A DNA stretch of 58,855 bases from an uncultured Clostridia bacterium (GCA_947305865.1 CAMZEU010000003.1:1-58855); one strand, 5' to 3'; shown: positions 1 to 9,593, counted from the first letter of the stretch. Notes: generated from the letters alone by a model not told the origin. Numbers and translations: made by a program.

Positions 1-555
1 GGTGCAACATTTAAATATGATAGTCAAATTGGTGGAAATCATAAATTCTTGGACCCACAAAAGGATCCAAAGACAATAGTTATTAATCTTTTGAAATTTG
101 TATTTGGTGCTGCCTTTATTATTGGTGGCGCTTTACATCTTAATAAATATGGACAACAACTTGCAGAGATGTTAGGAGTTCCTTCTGATATCATTGGTGT
201 AACCATTGTTGCCGTTGGCACTTCCCTTCCAGAACTTGCCACAGCTGTTACATCCATTATTAAGAAGAAGAGCGATATGTCTGCTGGTAATATCATTGGT
301 GCAAACATTATAGATATAACACTTATCTTACCACTTTGTGCATTCATTGGTGGTGGTTCGCTTCCTGTAGATGCACAAACAATAGTATTAGACCTTCCAT
401 TCTGTCTTGCTGTGTCTTGTATAGCACTTATTCCAACACTTATATTTGGTAAGTTCAAACGTTGGCAAGGAATAATAATGATGGCTGGATATATTGTTTA
501 CATTCTATTACTAGTATTGAACGTACCATCTGTTGGTGCAATCCATATATTCTAA
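1..555 (+). CDS. CaCA-family Na+/Ca2+ exchanger (YrbG-like), C-terminal part; 5' end lies upstream of the window
   Basis: Frame 1 is open from base 1 to the stop at 553-555. Alpha-2 repeat signature GVTIVAVGTSLPELATAV is followed by several hydrophobic helices. Confidence 0.75.
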   Translation, partial: GATFKYDSQIGGNHKFLDPQKDPKTIVINLLKFVFGAAFIIGGALHLNKYGQQLAEMLGVPSDIIGVTIVAVGTSLPELATAVTSIIKKKSDMSAGNIIGANIIDITLILPLCAFIGGGSLPVDAQTIVLDLPFCLAVSCIALIPTLIFGKFKRWQGIIMMAGYIVYILLLVLNVPSVGAIHIF

Positions 556-565
556 GAGGAATCCT

Positions 566-2059
566 ATGAAAAAAATTGCTTGGTTATTTATTTTGTTCTG
601 TCTTTCGTTATTAATCCTTGTAGGATGTAATAAAAAGGAAGAATTTGCTAAAATTAGATACTTCACTTCTAATGGTGAGGATACATATGAATATGTAATT
701 GAAAGCCCAACTACATATACATATACACATACATGGATAAATGGATATGCAAAAGTTGTAACAACCTCCAAAGGTACCTATACAAATAACGGTGAAGTAT
801 ATATTAGAACTTGCAACTCTGAACATATAGATGAATACTATTTGGACTTCTCTAAACCAATTAATTCTTATGATGTTGACGTTTCCTACGAAGAAAAACA
901 CTACGAAAAAATTCTTACAGATAGAATTATTTGTATGGACGATGGAGAAAGAGGTGTTGCGCTTGATGGAGATTCTGGTGTTGCTGCACATTCTATCGTG
1001 TGCATATACAATAAACATAAATTAAATAACGTTGATGCAAAAGTTGCTCTCAATGCAACGAAAGAAGATGTTGCAAAAGCACTTTCTCTTAGCATTATGT
1101 ATGGTGACCTATATTCAATTGATATTAAATTAAGTGCAATGAATATTGGAAATATAGATACATCCTCTACTGGTAAAAAGAATGTTTCTATAACATACTT
1201 CGGCAAACCATACAATGCAGTTATAGATGTTGTTGAAGTTGGTCTTGAAAAGACCATAGATGCAAAAAACATTAAGAGTGTTGTTGCAAGAGGCACTACA
1301 GCAAGAGAATATATTAGAGACCAAAAGATAATCTATGATGGACAAGAAATCTCTATGACATCTGATATGATTAGCAACTACAATACAAATGACCTTGGTG
1401 TTACCACTTTCACAATTACATATAGAAATGTATCTACAACAAAGACAATTAAGGTTTATGATCCTAATGATGATATCCCATACATTAGAATAGTTGGTGT
1501 AGAACTTGCAGATGATGTAACAATGTATTGTCCAGTTAATACAAGAAATACTCCTGTTAACGTCACGGACTATATAAAGAAGGTATTCGTTCTAAAGAAT
1601 GATGGCACGACTCAATCCTTTGATTACAACCCAAGATCTGGTTTCTCAACAACAGATATTAATAATAAAGAAGTTGGTCCATGTTATGTAACTATTACAT
1701 TTACATACAGCAACAAAGAGTTCAAATACACAATCCCATTCTACTTCTATGATCCAACAGTAACCAACGAGATTATTACCACAACAAGTCTTAATTACCT
1801 CCCTGGTGAAACATGTGCATATGTTAAGAATGGAACTCTCCAATTAAAGAATGGTTCAGATAGTGTTGTATACCAAACAACGACAGCTGGACAAAGACCA
1901 AAGAGTGTTGTTGTAAAAGAAACAATGATTACAAACTTTGGTACAGATAGAATTACATCAGATGGTCAATACTTTGTAATACCAATTGAAACAACTAATA
2001 GATATGGCAACTACACATTCTATGAGCACATACATGTAAAACTCTACACTGAAGCATAA
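566..2059 (+). CDS. Lipoprotein of unknown function with repeated beta-rich modules
   Basis: ATG at 566 follows AGAGGA (555-560). Signal peptide plus lipobox MKKIAWLFILFCLSLLILVGC|NKKEE. Long uninterrupted ORF. The upstream TTG extension in the ORF track was discarded. Confidence 0.75.
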   Translation: MKKIAWLFILFCLSLLILVGCNKKEEFAKIRYFTSNGEDTYEYVIESPTTYTYTHTWINGYAKVVTTSKGTYTNNGEVYIRTCNSEHIDEYYLDFSKPINSYDVDVSYEEKHYEKILTDRIICMDDGERGVALDGDSGVAAHSIVCIYNKHKLNNVDAKVALNATKEDVAKALSLSIMYGDLYSIDIKLSAMNIGNIDTSSTGKKNVSITYFGKPYNAVIDVVEVGLEKTIDAKNIKSVVARGTTAREYIRDQKIIYDGQEISMTSDMISNYNTNDLGVTTFTITYRNVSTTKTIKVYDPNDDIPYIRIVGVELADDVTMYCPVNTRNTPVNVTDYIKKVFVLKNDGTTQSFDYNPRSGFSTTDINNKEVGPCYVTITFTYSNKEFKYTIPFYFYDPTVTNEIITTTSLNYLPGETCAYVKNGTLQLKNGSDSVVYQTTTAGQRPKSVVVKETMITNFGTDRITSDGQYFVIPIETTNRYGNYTFYEHIHVKLYTEA

Positions 2060-2077
2060 AATTAAATATTACAAATA

Positions 2078-2110
2078 TTTAAAAATAGGGATTTAACTCC
2101 CTATTTTTTA
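2078..2110. terminator. Bidirectional intrinsic terminator between convergent genes
   Basis: Hairpin ATAGGGA-TTTAAC-TCCCTAT (2085-2104) flanked by an A-run upstream and TTTTTTA downstream. Confidence 0.6.
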
Positions 2111-2132
2111 TGTCTAATAAGTATATTATTTC

Positions 2133-3359
2133 TTATTCGCCAAATTCTTCTGCATCAAAGATTTCACAAGCCGCAAGAGAAATATCTAAGCAAAGTCTCA
2201 TACATTCTGGACGCATATTGTCTGCTGTATCTCTTGTATTGTGGTAATATGTTGCATGGAGTGGATCTTGTCCTACTACACAGATTGCTTTTAATCCACC
2301 CTTTGAAAGAGCTGCTGCATCTGATGCACCAAATGGAACACCACCATGTAATAATTTGTGTCCAATCTTATCACAAGCCTTATCTATTAACTTAGAACAA
2401 TCTTTGTCGTTCTTTACTAAAGATGTCATATCCTTGTCATAAATTGTTAAGAATTCCAGATCTCTTAATGTATCAAAACAGATAATAGCTGTAGGAATTT
2501 CAGTACACTCCTCTTTATATTTCCTTGCAAATGCCTTTGCACCTCTTAAACCAGCTTCTTCAGAACCTGTTAATAATGCACAAACTTCTGTGTTTTCAAA
2601 ACGAATACCACTTTCTTTTAAGCATTTCAATACTGCAACAGCATTCATTGTTCCTGTGAGATTATCATTTGCACCTGGAACTACAACTTTGAAGTTACAT
2701 ACAAAGAACAAGCCAATAAATGGTACTGTAAAGCAAATTACTACAATGTGTGCCCACATCCACTCTGGTCTAATTAAAGAAATGATTGTGAAGGCTATCA
2801 TAGCAAGTAAACATACTATATCTACTACTAATACTCCAACCATTACATTTTGTTTAATCTTCATCAATGTCCATTCATATGCACTATCTACGTGTCCGTT
2901 AAAGATAATTCTTCTCTTCACTTCTCCAGTAGGTTCATATTTGGCATAAACGTTGTGAGATTGTGTTCTGTTCATAAATGGATCTAAGAACTCATGATAT
3001 ACTAAGAACTCTTGAACTGTAGTTAAGAATGAGAATGCTGCAAATACCAAACCTATTGCAGCTGCTGCTATAGCTGCTGGTCTTCCTGCTAAGAACAATA
3101 ATTGTAATAATGAACCAAGTATTAAGATTACACCTATAACCTTTGTAAAGCCCACTAAGGCGTGTCTAGCAATGGTAAATTCATCTATAGTAGATGAATC
3201 GGCCCAACCATTATCATCTAATTCTTTCTTTAGCCATTCTTGTGCTTCTAATTCTTTAGGCATACCAGATTCTCTTGGCCCAATCTGTTCTGTAATGTAA
3301 TGAATAGATTCTACCTCATAATCTACGGCTTTTTGTCTTGTTTCTTCAGATATAACCAT
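2133..3359 (-). CDS. M28-family zinc metallopeptidase with membrane-inserted catalytic domain
   Basis: M28 ligand motifs are all present: NGHVDS, GANDNLTG, GSEEAGLRGAKAF, YYHNTRDT. Two hydrophobic hairpins interrupt the domain. RBS AGGGAGAA lies before the ATG. Confidence 0.75.
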   Translation of the reverse strand: MVISEETRQKAVDYEVESIHYITEQIGPRESGMPKELEAQEWLKKELDDNGWADSSTIDEFTIARHALVGFTKVIGVILILGSLLQLLFLAGRPAAIAAAAIGLVFAAFSFLTTVQEFLVYHEFLDPFMNRTQSHNVYAKYEPTGEVKRRIIFNGHVDSAYEWTLMKIKQNVMVGVLVVDIVCLLAMIAFTIISLIRPEWMWAHIVVICFTVPFIGLFFVCNFKVVVPGANDNLTGTMNAVAVLKCLKESGIRFENTEVCALLTGSEEAGLRGAKAFARKYKEECTEIPTAIICFDTLRDLEFLTIYDKDMTSLVKNDKDCSKLIDKACDKIGHKLLHGGVPFGASDAAALSKGGLKAICVVGQDPLHATYYHNTRDTADNMRPECMRLCLDISLAACEIFDAEEFGE

Positions 3360-3424
3360 ATCTATTCTCCCTTGTCTTTTATTAAATTTCAGTTTAGCAC
3401 AGAGATATATTTTTCTTCAATATA

Positions 3425-3955
3425 TTATCTCTTTTTATTTTCAATAACCTTACGTATTATTAATGCTATAAAAGTGAGTCCCCAAATAATAAATGTGCAC
3501 CATTTTAGAGTTGTGAAAATGGATAAAGCATCTAGCAATCCTGCTCTAAATTCAGGGAAATAATTTATTGCTCTAAGAGTTAAAATATTCTCTACAAAAT
3601 TGAATGCACTTGGAAGCAATGAAATTATTATTGCAAATGGCATTACTCTCTTCTCTGTTAGTGTACTCATTGCGGCATACATTCCTACTCCAGCAATGCC
3701 CAAGATTACAAAGTCTAGAATTATGAACATCTTATATCTTTGCATTGCACTTTGGCTTATGCTAGAAAATAAAATATGTGCATCTTCTTTCTCGTAATAG
3801 AAGCTCTCATCTAAAACTCTTAAACTCACTTCGTCTGTTATAACAAACTTGTCTAAAGGCATAAATAAAATCACAGCACCTATTATTAAGAATAATAGAA
3901 GTGCAACACCAACAATAATTAATTCAGTTTTATTCTTTCCTAAAAACTCTTTCAT
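3425..3955 (-). CDS. Polytopic membrane protein, unknown function
   Basis: 176-aa ORF with 4-5 hydrophobic helices. RBS-like AAGGG before the ATG. Confidence 0.6.
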   Translation of the reverse strand: MKEFLGKNKTELIIVGVALLLFLIIGAVILFMPLDKFVITDEVSLRVLDESFYYEKEDAHILFSSISQSAMQRYKMFIILDFVILGIAGVGMYAAMSTLTEKRVMPFAIIISLLPSAFNFVENILTLRAINYFPEFRAGLLDALSIFTTLKWCTFIIWGLTFIALIIRKVIENKKR

Positions 3956-4024
3956 TTATACCCTTACATTAAAAGAAGGACTTGTTTGCAAATTCTTCTT
4001 TAACCTTTTTTATAATGTCAGTAA

Positions 4025-4951
4025 TTATTCTGCTTTCTTTATTTCACCAGCAAAGAATCTATTTAAGAAACTAAGGATTTGTGCATTACATTCTTTAGCT
4101 GCCTTAGATGTCCATGTGAGTGAGAATGTGTGGTTATCTCCAAACTTCTTTGAACCATAGTGTTCTTGGTATACACCAAGTTCATCTAATTTTTCTACCA
4201 AACCTTCACCTTGTCCGCCACAGAAGAAGTCTTGTTCTGCATATACAACAAATGATGTTGGCCAATCTTTTGTTACATAGTTCTTGCTATCTACTACGTC
4301 TAACCATTCCCATTCTGGAAGTTCTTTTACTGAAATTCCTGTGAAGTCTTTACATACACTTTCTGTTAAGTTAAACAATACTTTTTGACTTACTGCTTTT
4401 TGAAGGTCATAAATACCACAGTTAAGAACTGCACCTGTTACTTTGTAATTTACTTTAACACCAAGTTTTTCTTGCATGTATTCACTATCTTGCATTGCAC
4501 AGATTTGAGCTGATGCCCAACCACCTGCACTATCTCCAGTTACTACAGACTTGCTCATATCAATACCCCATTCATCTGCATGATCTCCGATGAAGTTAAT
4601 TGCTGCTGCAAGTTCTTGTTGTGCTACTGGATAGATATACTTTGGTCCTAAAGAATAGTTTAAAGAAACAACTGTTGCACCTGTATTAACACAATACCAG
4701 TTACAAAGTGCTGTACGATATTTCTTGTCTCCTGCAACAAAACCGCCACCATGAATTTCAATGATAACTGGTGTCTTGCCTGTTGCATCTTTCTTTCTGT
4801 ACAAATCTAACTTTTGGTATTCACCTTCGCCATATGCAATGTCTCTTGTTAAATCAACTTCTGTTTTGTTGAGTTTCTTGAGTTTGCCTGGGTTTTGTGG
4901 TCCTGCAAACATATGGTCTATTGCTTTGAAAATAACTACTGCTTTACTCAT
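4025..4951 (-). CDS. Alpha/beta-hydrolase fold-3 carboxylesterase/lipase (HSL-like)
   Basis: Oxyanion motif HGGGF, nucleophile elbow GDSAGG, RBS AGGGGA before the ATG. Confidence 0.8.
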   Translation of the reverse strand: MSKAVVIFKAIDHMFAGPQNPGKLKKLNKTEVDLTRDIAYGEGEYQKLDLYRKKDATGKTPVIIEIHGGGFVAGDKKYRTALCNWYCVNTGATVVSLNYSLGPKYIYPVAQQELAAAINFIGDHADEWGIDMSKSVVTGDSAGGWASAQICAMQDSEYMQEKLGVKVNYKVTGAVLNCGIYDLQKAVSQKVLFNLTESVCKDFTGISVKELPEWEWLDVVDSKNYVTKDWPTSFVVYAEQDFFCGGQGEGLVEKLDELGVYQEHYGSKKFGDNHTFSLTWTSKAAKECNAQILSFLNRFFAGEIKKAE

Positions 4952-5137
4952 TTTTTGTCCCCTTAATGTGAATAAAATTTAATTTTAATAAATTAAAAAT
5001 AACACTTTTTGGAAGTTTTGTCTATATTAATGGAACAATTATATAAAAATTATACATTTGTTAATTTTTGTATATTCACTTTTTGCCGTTTGCTATGCTA
5101 ATATTATAAATGGAAAAATTTTTTGAAGGGGCGAATT

Positions 5138-7132
5138 ATGAGAAACAAATTTTTATTTATTCTAGTTTGTGTACTATTAATTGTTTGCTTATGTGTAGGC
5201 TTAACTTCTTGTAATAAGAAAAAGAATGCAAAAGATGAAAAGATTACATCTATAGTATTCTTAGGAGACTCAATTGCTGAAGGTGTTGCAGGTCCTGCTC
5301 CACTACAAGAAAGAGTTAACTATAGTTATTATGGTATTTTAGGCCAAATCAATGGAATTGAAGCACATAACAGATCTGTTTCTGGATACCAAACATTACA
5401 CTTACTTGATTACATCAACAGAGACAATGAAGACTATGATGCATTCTTGGATAACCAAGAAATGGTAAACGAGGAAACTGCTTCTCTAACACAAACATAT
5501 ATTAGAACAGCAGATGTTATCCATATTTCTATTTTGGGAAATGACTTATTACAATTCGACTTCCCTATTATGATTATGGAATTACTCGCAAAGAAAACTT
5601 TTGGTGATAGTTATACAACTCAACCAGCTGTTATTGCTGAATACCAAGATGCAAGATTCCAAGCTGAAGGATATACAATTATTCCTCCACTTCAAGATCA
5701 ATTTGATAAACCAGCACCTGGATATGGTTTAGCATTATATGAATATGCTAAATCCAATGCAACAGTAGTTGTTGGAAAGATTATTGACAGATTGAAAGTT
5801 CTCAATCCAAAAGCAACTATAATCTTCCAAAATGTTTACAATCCAATTGATGCACATGCTGAATTAATTTCTGCTCATACAGCTGCACTCTTAAAGTCTG
5901 TAGATAGCAGTTATGACTTCTCAACAGAAGCTGGTGTTGCAAAGATTAGAGCTCTTACAGGCGAAATGATTTATGGATTAGACTCTATCCTTAATAACTT
6001 CACAGACAAGATTACTATTGCAGATGCATATCACACATTTGATGCAGTTTATAATGCAGATAAAGAATGGGGTGAAGAATTAATCTATGTAGATGGTGTT
6101 CACCCATCTGATTTCGGTCATGCTGTTCTTGCTCAAATGAACGAAGAATTGTTAGTAAGCATGGGCAAATTAAAAATGGATGAAGCTGTTACAAACTACA
6201 AAGCATTAAGAATGGAACAACTCGAAAGAATGTATACCAACTCCAAAAAGGCAGACAACACTACATTCAATATAGATGCTGCTTTGGCTGGTGTAAATGC
6301 TTCTACTTCAATGCAAGAAATAACTTATACTTACTTCAATGCAATTAAGGGTTATACTCCAAAACTATTTAGTTCTGTATTAACAGGAAAGACAAATGGT
6401 GTTGCATATGCTCAAGAAACAACTTATGACCTTTCTACAATGTATATGTATACCCCACTTGCTCGTGGATTTGGAGACTCCACATTTGAAATTGCTCTTG
6501 AATTCAACCTTGCAGATATCCTTTCTCAATTAGGTTGTGGTGCAACAATGAAGTTCAAGACAAACAATACATTTGAAATTCAAATTGTCTTAGATGTCCA
6601 ATCTGTAATTGCAAATATTAATAGTCTCTTAACTGTTCTAAGCACAGATATAGATACTATCTTAGAAGGAACAAATGGAATGGATCTTAGAGGCTCTATA
6701 ATGAGTGAAGATATGGATATCGTTGACTTCGTTTTGTTCTATGCAAGCAATATGTTCTCTGGATTTGATGAACAAGACTTTGCTGGTTCTCTCTCATTAT
6801 TAAAGAACTCTCTTGGTGTTTCTATAAATGGCGTGGATTCAACAAAGTTGAATAACCTTATTGCTTATATCATTGAAAATCATAAATTGCCAGATGATAT
6901 GTCCGAAAGAATTAAGGGATTGCAAACTATTACAATAAATGTAGAAGGTGTTTATTCAATGGTACAATGCAAGTCCTATACAGGAAAGACATATAATGGT
7001 ATTTATATTGGACAATATTACGAGAACGTTTCACCATTCCTTATTGCTACACAATATGTAGATGAAAACAATAAAGAACACGTAAGATTCCAAATTGAGA
7101 TTCTTGGTGTATTAATGGACTTCTCTAAATAA
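5138..7132 (+). CDS. SGNH/GDSL hydrolase lipoprotein with a roughly 330-aa C-terminal domain of unknown function
   Basis: ATG 5138 follows GAAGGGG. Lipobox GLTSC|NKKKN. SGNH blocks FLGDSIAEG, ILGNDLL, DGVHPSDFGH. Confidence 0.8.
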   Translation: MRNKFLFILVCVLLIVCLCVGLTSCNKKKNAKDEKITSIVFLGDSIAEGVAGPAPLQERVNYSYYGILGQINGIEAHNRSVSGYQTLHLLDYINRDNEDYDAFLDNQEMVNEETASLTQTYIRTADVIHISILGNDLLQFDFPIMIMELLAKKTFGDSYTTQPAVIAEYQDARFQAEGYTIIPPLQDQFDKPAPGYGLALYEYAKSNATVVVGKIIDRLKVLNPKATIIFQNVYNPIDAHAELISAHTAALLKSVDSSYDFSTEAGVAKIRALTGEMIYGLDSILNNFTDKITIADAYHTFDAVYNADKEWGEELIYVDGVHPSDFGHAVLAQMNEELLVSMGKLKMDEAVTNYKALRMEQLERMYTNSKKADNTTFNIDAALAGVNASTSMQEITYTYFNAIKGYTPKLFSSVLTGKTNGVAYAQETTYDLSTMYMYTPLARGFGDSTFEIALEFNLADILSQLGCGATMKFKTNNTFEIQIVLDVQSVIANINSLLTVLSTDIDTILEGTNGMDLRGSIMSEDMDIVDFVLFYASNMFSGFDEQDFAGSLSLLKNSLGVSINGVDSTKLNNLIAYIIENHKLPDDMSERIKGLQTITINVEGVYSMVQCKSYTGKTYNGIYIGQYYENVSPFLIATQYVDENNKEHVRFQIEILGVLMDFSK

Positions 7133-7144
7133 TAATTAAGGTCT

Positions 7145-7188
7145 AAAAACTAAGCCTTCTCGGTTCACACTGGGGAGGCTTTTTTATT
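7145..7188. terminator. Bidirectional intrinsic terminator between convergent genes
   Basis: Stem AAGCCTTC / GGAGGCTT (7152-7181, one G-U pair) with a T-run downstream on + and an A-run (T-run on -) upstream. Confidence 0.55.
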
Positions 7189-8797
7189 ACTCAAAATTGA
7201 AACACATTGAAATAACGTATCCTGCAATAATAGATACTATTATTAATGTTCCAACAATTGCTAAATTTCTCTTCCAATTCTTTGTATCTTTAAGTAGGAA
7301 TAAAAGCGCTATGCCAGAGTTTACGCACAATCCTCCAAAACATGCACCAAATCCTAAGCCACCCAATAAATAGAGCTCAGAAAGAACTACAGAGCTTGCA
7401 CAGTTAGGAATCAATCCTATAGCAACTGCAGCAAGTGGTGCAATGTATTTATTTGTTTGTAAGAATGTTGTTAATGATTCTTCTCCAACAAAGAACAAGA
7501 TAATAGTAAATATTATTTCAACTATTAAAACATATCCAAACAATTTTAATGAATGTAAAAGTGGGTGGACTAAATGAGCATGAATTTTGCTCTCTTTCTC
7601 CCCTTCTATTTCGTGTCCACAGCAACCATGATGTATCTCTGGTTCGTGATGACAATGATTCATATGTTCTTGAACTTTTCTTGCTTGTGCAGATAATGCC
7701 ATATCTATTCCATAGCCTATCATTAACCCTAGAACAAACTTAATAAGAAGGAGTGGTAAAATCATTATGATTTTATCTGGATGTTCTACATTGGCAATAA
7801 AGATAGGAAGAGCCTCGTCTGATGTGGCAATATAAATACCAATTAAAGCGCCAACTGTTATATGCTTCTTTTGATACAAATCTGTTGCAACAACACTAAA
7901 ACCACATTGAGGAACCAATCCAAATGAAACACCAATTAAAGGAGTCCATTTATCGAACTTATGCATTGAATGTGTTATCTTTGGTTCTACAAATGGAATT
8001 ATTAAGTTAACAGCAAGTGCTACTGCAAAAATAATTGCACTATCCTTTAAGGCATCTAATATTTCTTCCCAGAATTCACTGTCTGCTGGGAATAAGAAAT
8101 AAGCATTGTTTGTTAAAACAAAATATGTTGCAAACCAGCATAAAACCGTTCCAACAACCATTAGGACGTGGAAAACAGTATGCATATACATTCTCTTTCT
8201 TCCGTAGAGAATGAACCCTAGAAGGCATGTAAAGCCGCCTGTTGCATATAATGCTTTAACGGCAACTGTCATCATACTTCTGTTAACAAAATATGCTGCA
8301 ACAAATAATGCTGAGATAACAAGTTCAACTATGTTTTCAATCTTGAAATATTTCTCTCCAATTACGATACAACAAATATAATTTGTTATTACTAAAAATC
8401 CAGTAATTCCAAGTGCAACATAGTTATATACGGAATCCTTCAAATTAAGCAACATAGCGATTGCGCAAGAAAGAACAACCATAGACACATTTGCATGGTC
8501 TACTCTTCTCCATTTTGCTTTAACTTCTATTTTCTTAATTGAATGATAAATGCCAGATGTAAAATATACTAAGAAGGCGCCAAAGAAGGATATAACAGCT
8601 GTTGCTATTCCTCTTGCAGTATTTGTTGAGAACAACAAAATAATCAAACCAACGACAGCTAAAAAAGCCCCAAAGAAATGAGTCTTTGAATTTAGATTCT
8701 CTTCCTTTGGAGTGTAATATTTTAGACCGTATTGAGAGTATTCTTGAATTAATTCCTCTCTAGTCTTTTGTGTGGTTGATTCATGCTCGTGTTCCAC
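7187..8797 (-). CDS. Fusion protein: N-terminal PAQR/hemolysin-III domain plus C-terminal duplicated metal-exporter-like domain (ArsP_2-like)
   Basis: GTG start with GAGGAA RBS. PAQR motifs LNSKTH, SGIYHS, RRVDH, HTVFH. C-terminal half has two repeats carrying VPQCGFSVVATDLY and IPNCASSVVLSELY, separated by the His/Cys-rich loop HMNHCHHEPEIHHGCCGHEIEG. Confidence 0.7.
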   Translation of the reverse strand: MEHEHESTTQKTREELIQEYSQYGLKYYTPKEENLNSKTHFFGAFLAVVGLIILLFSTNTARGIATAVISFFGAFLVYFTSGIYHSIKKIEVKAKWRRVDHANVSMVVLSCAIAMLLNLKDSVYNYVALGITGFLVITNYICCIVIGEKYFKIENIVELVISALFVAAYFVNRSMMTVAVKALYATGGFTCLLGFILYGRKRMYMHTVFHVLMVVGTVLCWFATYFVLTNNAYFLFPADSEFWEEILDALKDSAIIFAVALAVNLIIPFVEPKITHSMHKFDKWTPLIGVSFGLVPQCGFSVVATDLYQKKHITVGALIGIYIATSDEALPIFIANVEHPDKIIMILPLLLIKFVLGLMIGYGIDMALSAQARKVQEHMNHCHHEPEIHHGCCGHEIEGEKESKIHAHLVHPLLHSLKLFGYVLIVEIIFTIILFFVGEESLTTFLQTNKYIAPLAAVAIGLIPNCASSVVLSELYLLGGLGFGACFGGLCVNSGIALLFLLKDTKNWKRNLAIVGTLIIVSIIAGYVISMCFNFE

Positions 8798-8799
8798 TA

Positions 8800-9534
8800 T
8801 TATTCCTCGATTTTTTCAACCTCTTCGTTTGCTTGTTCAACAACTTCTGATTTAGCAGCTTTTAAATTGTTGATATGAATTCTTGCATAATGATAGTAAA
8901 TTATGAAGATTACTATGAACATAACACAGAATGCATAAATTTGAGTTGCTGCCGATACACCACAATAAGATGTTGGATCTTTAACTTCTACAAAGCAGTA
9001 AACACCAGAACCTATTAGGAAAGCAACCAATAATGACATAAGTGTTGCGTGTTCCCATTTTTTATAGATAAATGCGACAATACAATATGCCATTTCTACG
9101 CCTAAAAGACCAAACATACCAATTCGACTCATATGATCATGAGCAAGAGCCATTGGTCCTCTTGGTAATGGGTTAGAAAGGTCTGGACCCGGATCATGTG
9201 CTGGAATTAATGCTCCAACAAATATAGTTACTAAAAATGAAATGGTAAACCACTTAAATAATTGTTTAAGTACAGGATGGAAATCTGCATATTTCATAGC
9301 ATACCACATAGTGTATCCCATAGGGACAAATATAATAGCACCCCAAATATACATAAATGCCTTATGTCCTGTAATCCAGCCCAATCTTGAAATCGAAGTA
9401 AATATAGGGCTTTCTTCATCACTACTTGCAAAAATAGCAGAAATAAGTGGGACGATTACAAAAGTCAAAGCAGCAAGTATCCAAAGTCTAATCCATTCTA
9501 TTTTTATATCTTCTAATTTTGTCAGTTTTTTCAT
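8800..9534 (-). CDS. Polytopic membrane protein with acidic C-terminal tail, unknown function
   Basis: Start taken at MKKLTKLEDIK (ATG 9534), downstream of the promoter at 9563-9591. About 6 hydrophobic helices. Confidence 0.6.
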   Translation of the reverse strand: MKKLTKLEDIKIEWIRLWILAALTFVIVPLISAIFASSDEESPIFTSISRLGWITGHKAFMYIWGAIIFVPMGYTMWYAMKYADFHPVLKQLFKWFTISFLVTIFVGALIPAHDPGPDLSNPLPRGPMALAHDHMSRIGMFGLLGVEMAYCIVAFIYKKWEHATLMSLLVAFLIGSGVYCFVEVKDPTSYCGVSAATQIYAFCVMFIVIFIIYYHYARIHINNLKAAKSEVVEQANEEVEKIEE

Positions 9535-9562
9535 TTGTTTACCTTTACAATTTAGTATAGTG

Positions 9563-9591
9563 ATTATACTTATTATATTTAAACCGGTCAA
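9563..9591 (-). promoter_or_regulatory. Sigma-70-type promoter
   Basis: On the minus strand, TTGACC, 17 nt, TATAAT, about 28 nt upstream of the ATG at 9534. Confidence 0.55.
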
Positions 9592-9593
9592 AT

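Noticed and set aside
39-458. Long antisense ORFs inside well-supported genes. Examples: 39-458(-), 611-1018(-), 901-1296(-), 2590-2949(+), 18229-18696(+), 34013-34456(+), 46955-47371(+), 51217-51855(+), 52021-52446(+).
   Set aside because: Each lies fully within, and opposite to, a gene with strong family motifs. Their translations are low-complexity and rich in Ile/Leu/Ser/Phe. None has an RBS. They are typical shadow ORFs of an AT-rich genome.
3956-4024. Possible terminator hairpin AAAGAAG...CTTCTTT after the esterase gene.
   Set aside because: The stem is AT-rich and 7 bp, the loop is 16 nt, and no U-run follows on the relevant strand. It is too weak to call.
5123-5137. N-terminal extensions from TTG/GTG/upstream ATG starts in the ORF track: 533, 5123, 9591, 10903, 11529, 19028, 20089, 23887, 41067, 41869, 43899, 49135, 49912, 52955.
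   Set aside because: In each case a downstream ATG is preceded at 5-10 nt by a GGAGG-like RBS. That ATG also yields the canonical N-terminus, such as a signal peptide, MKEGIHPNY for L31 or MADKKLAILTSGGD for PfkA. The shorter coordinates were used.
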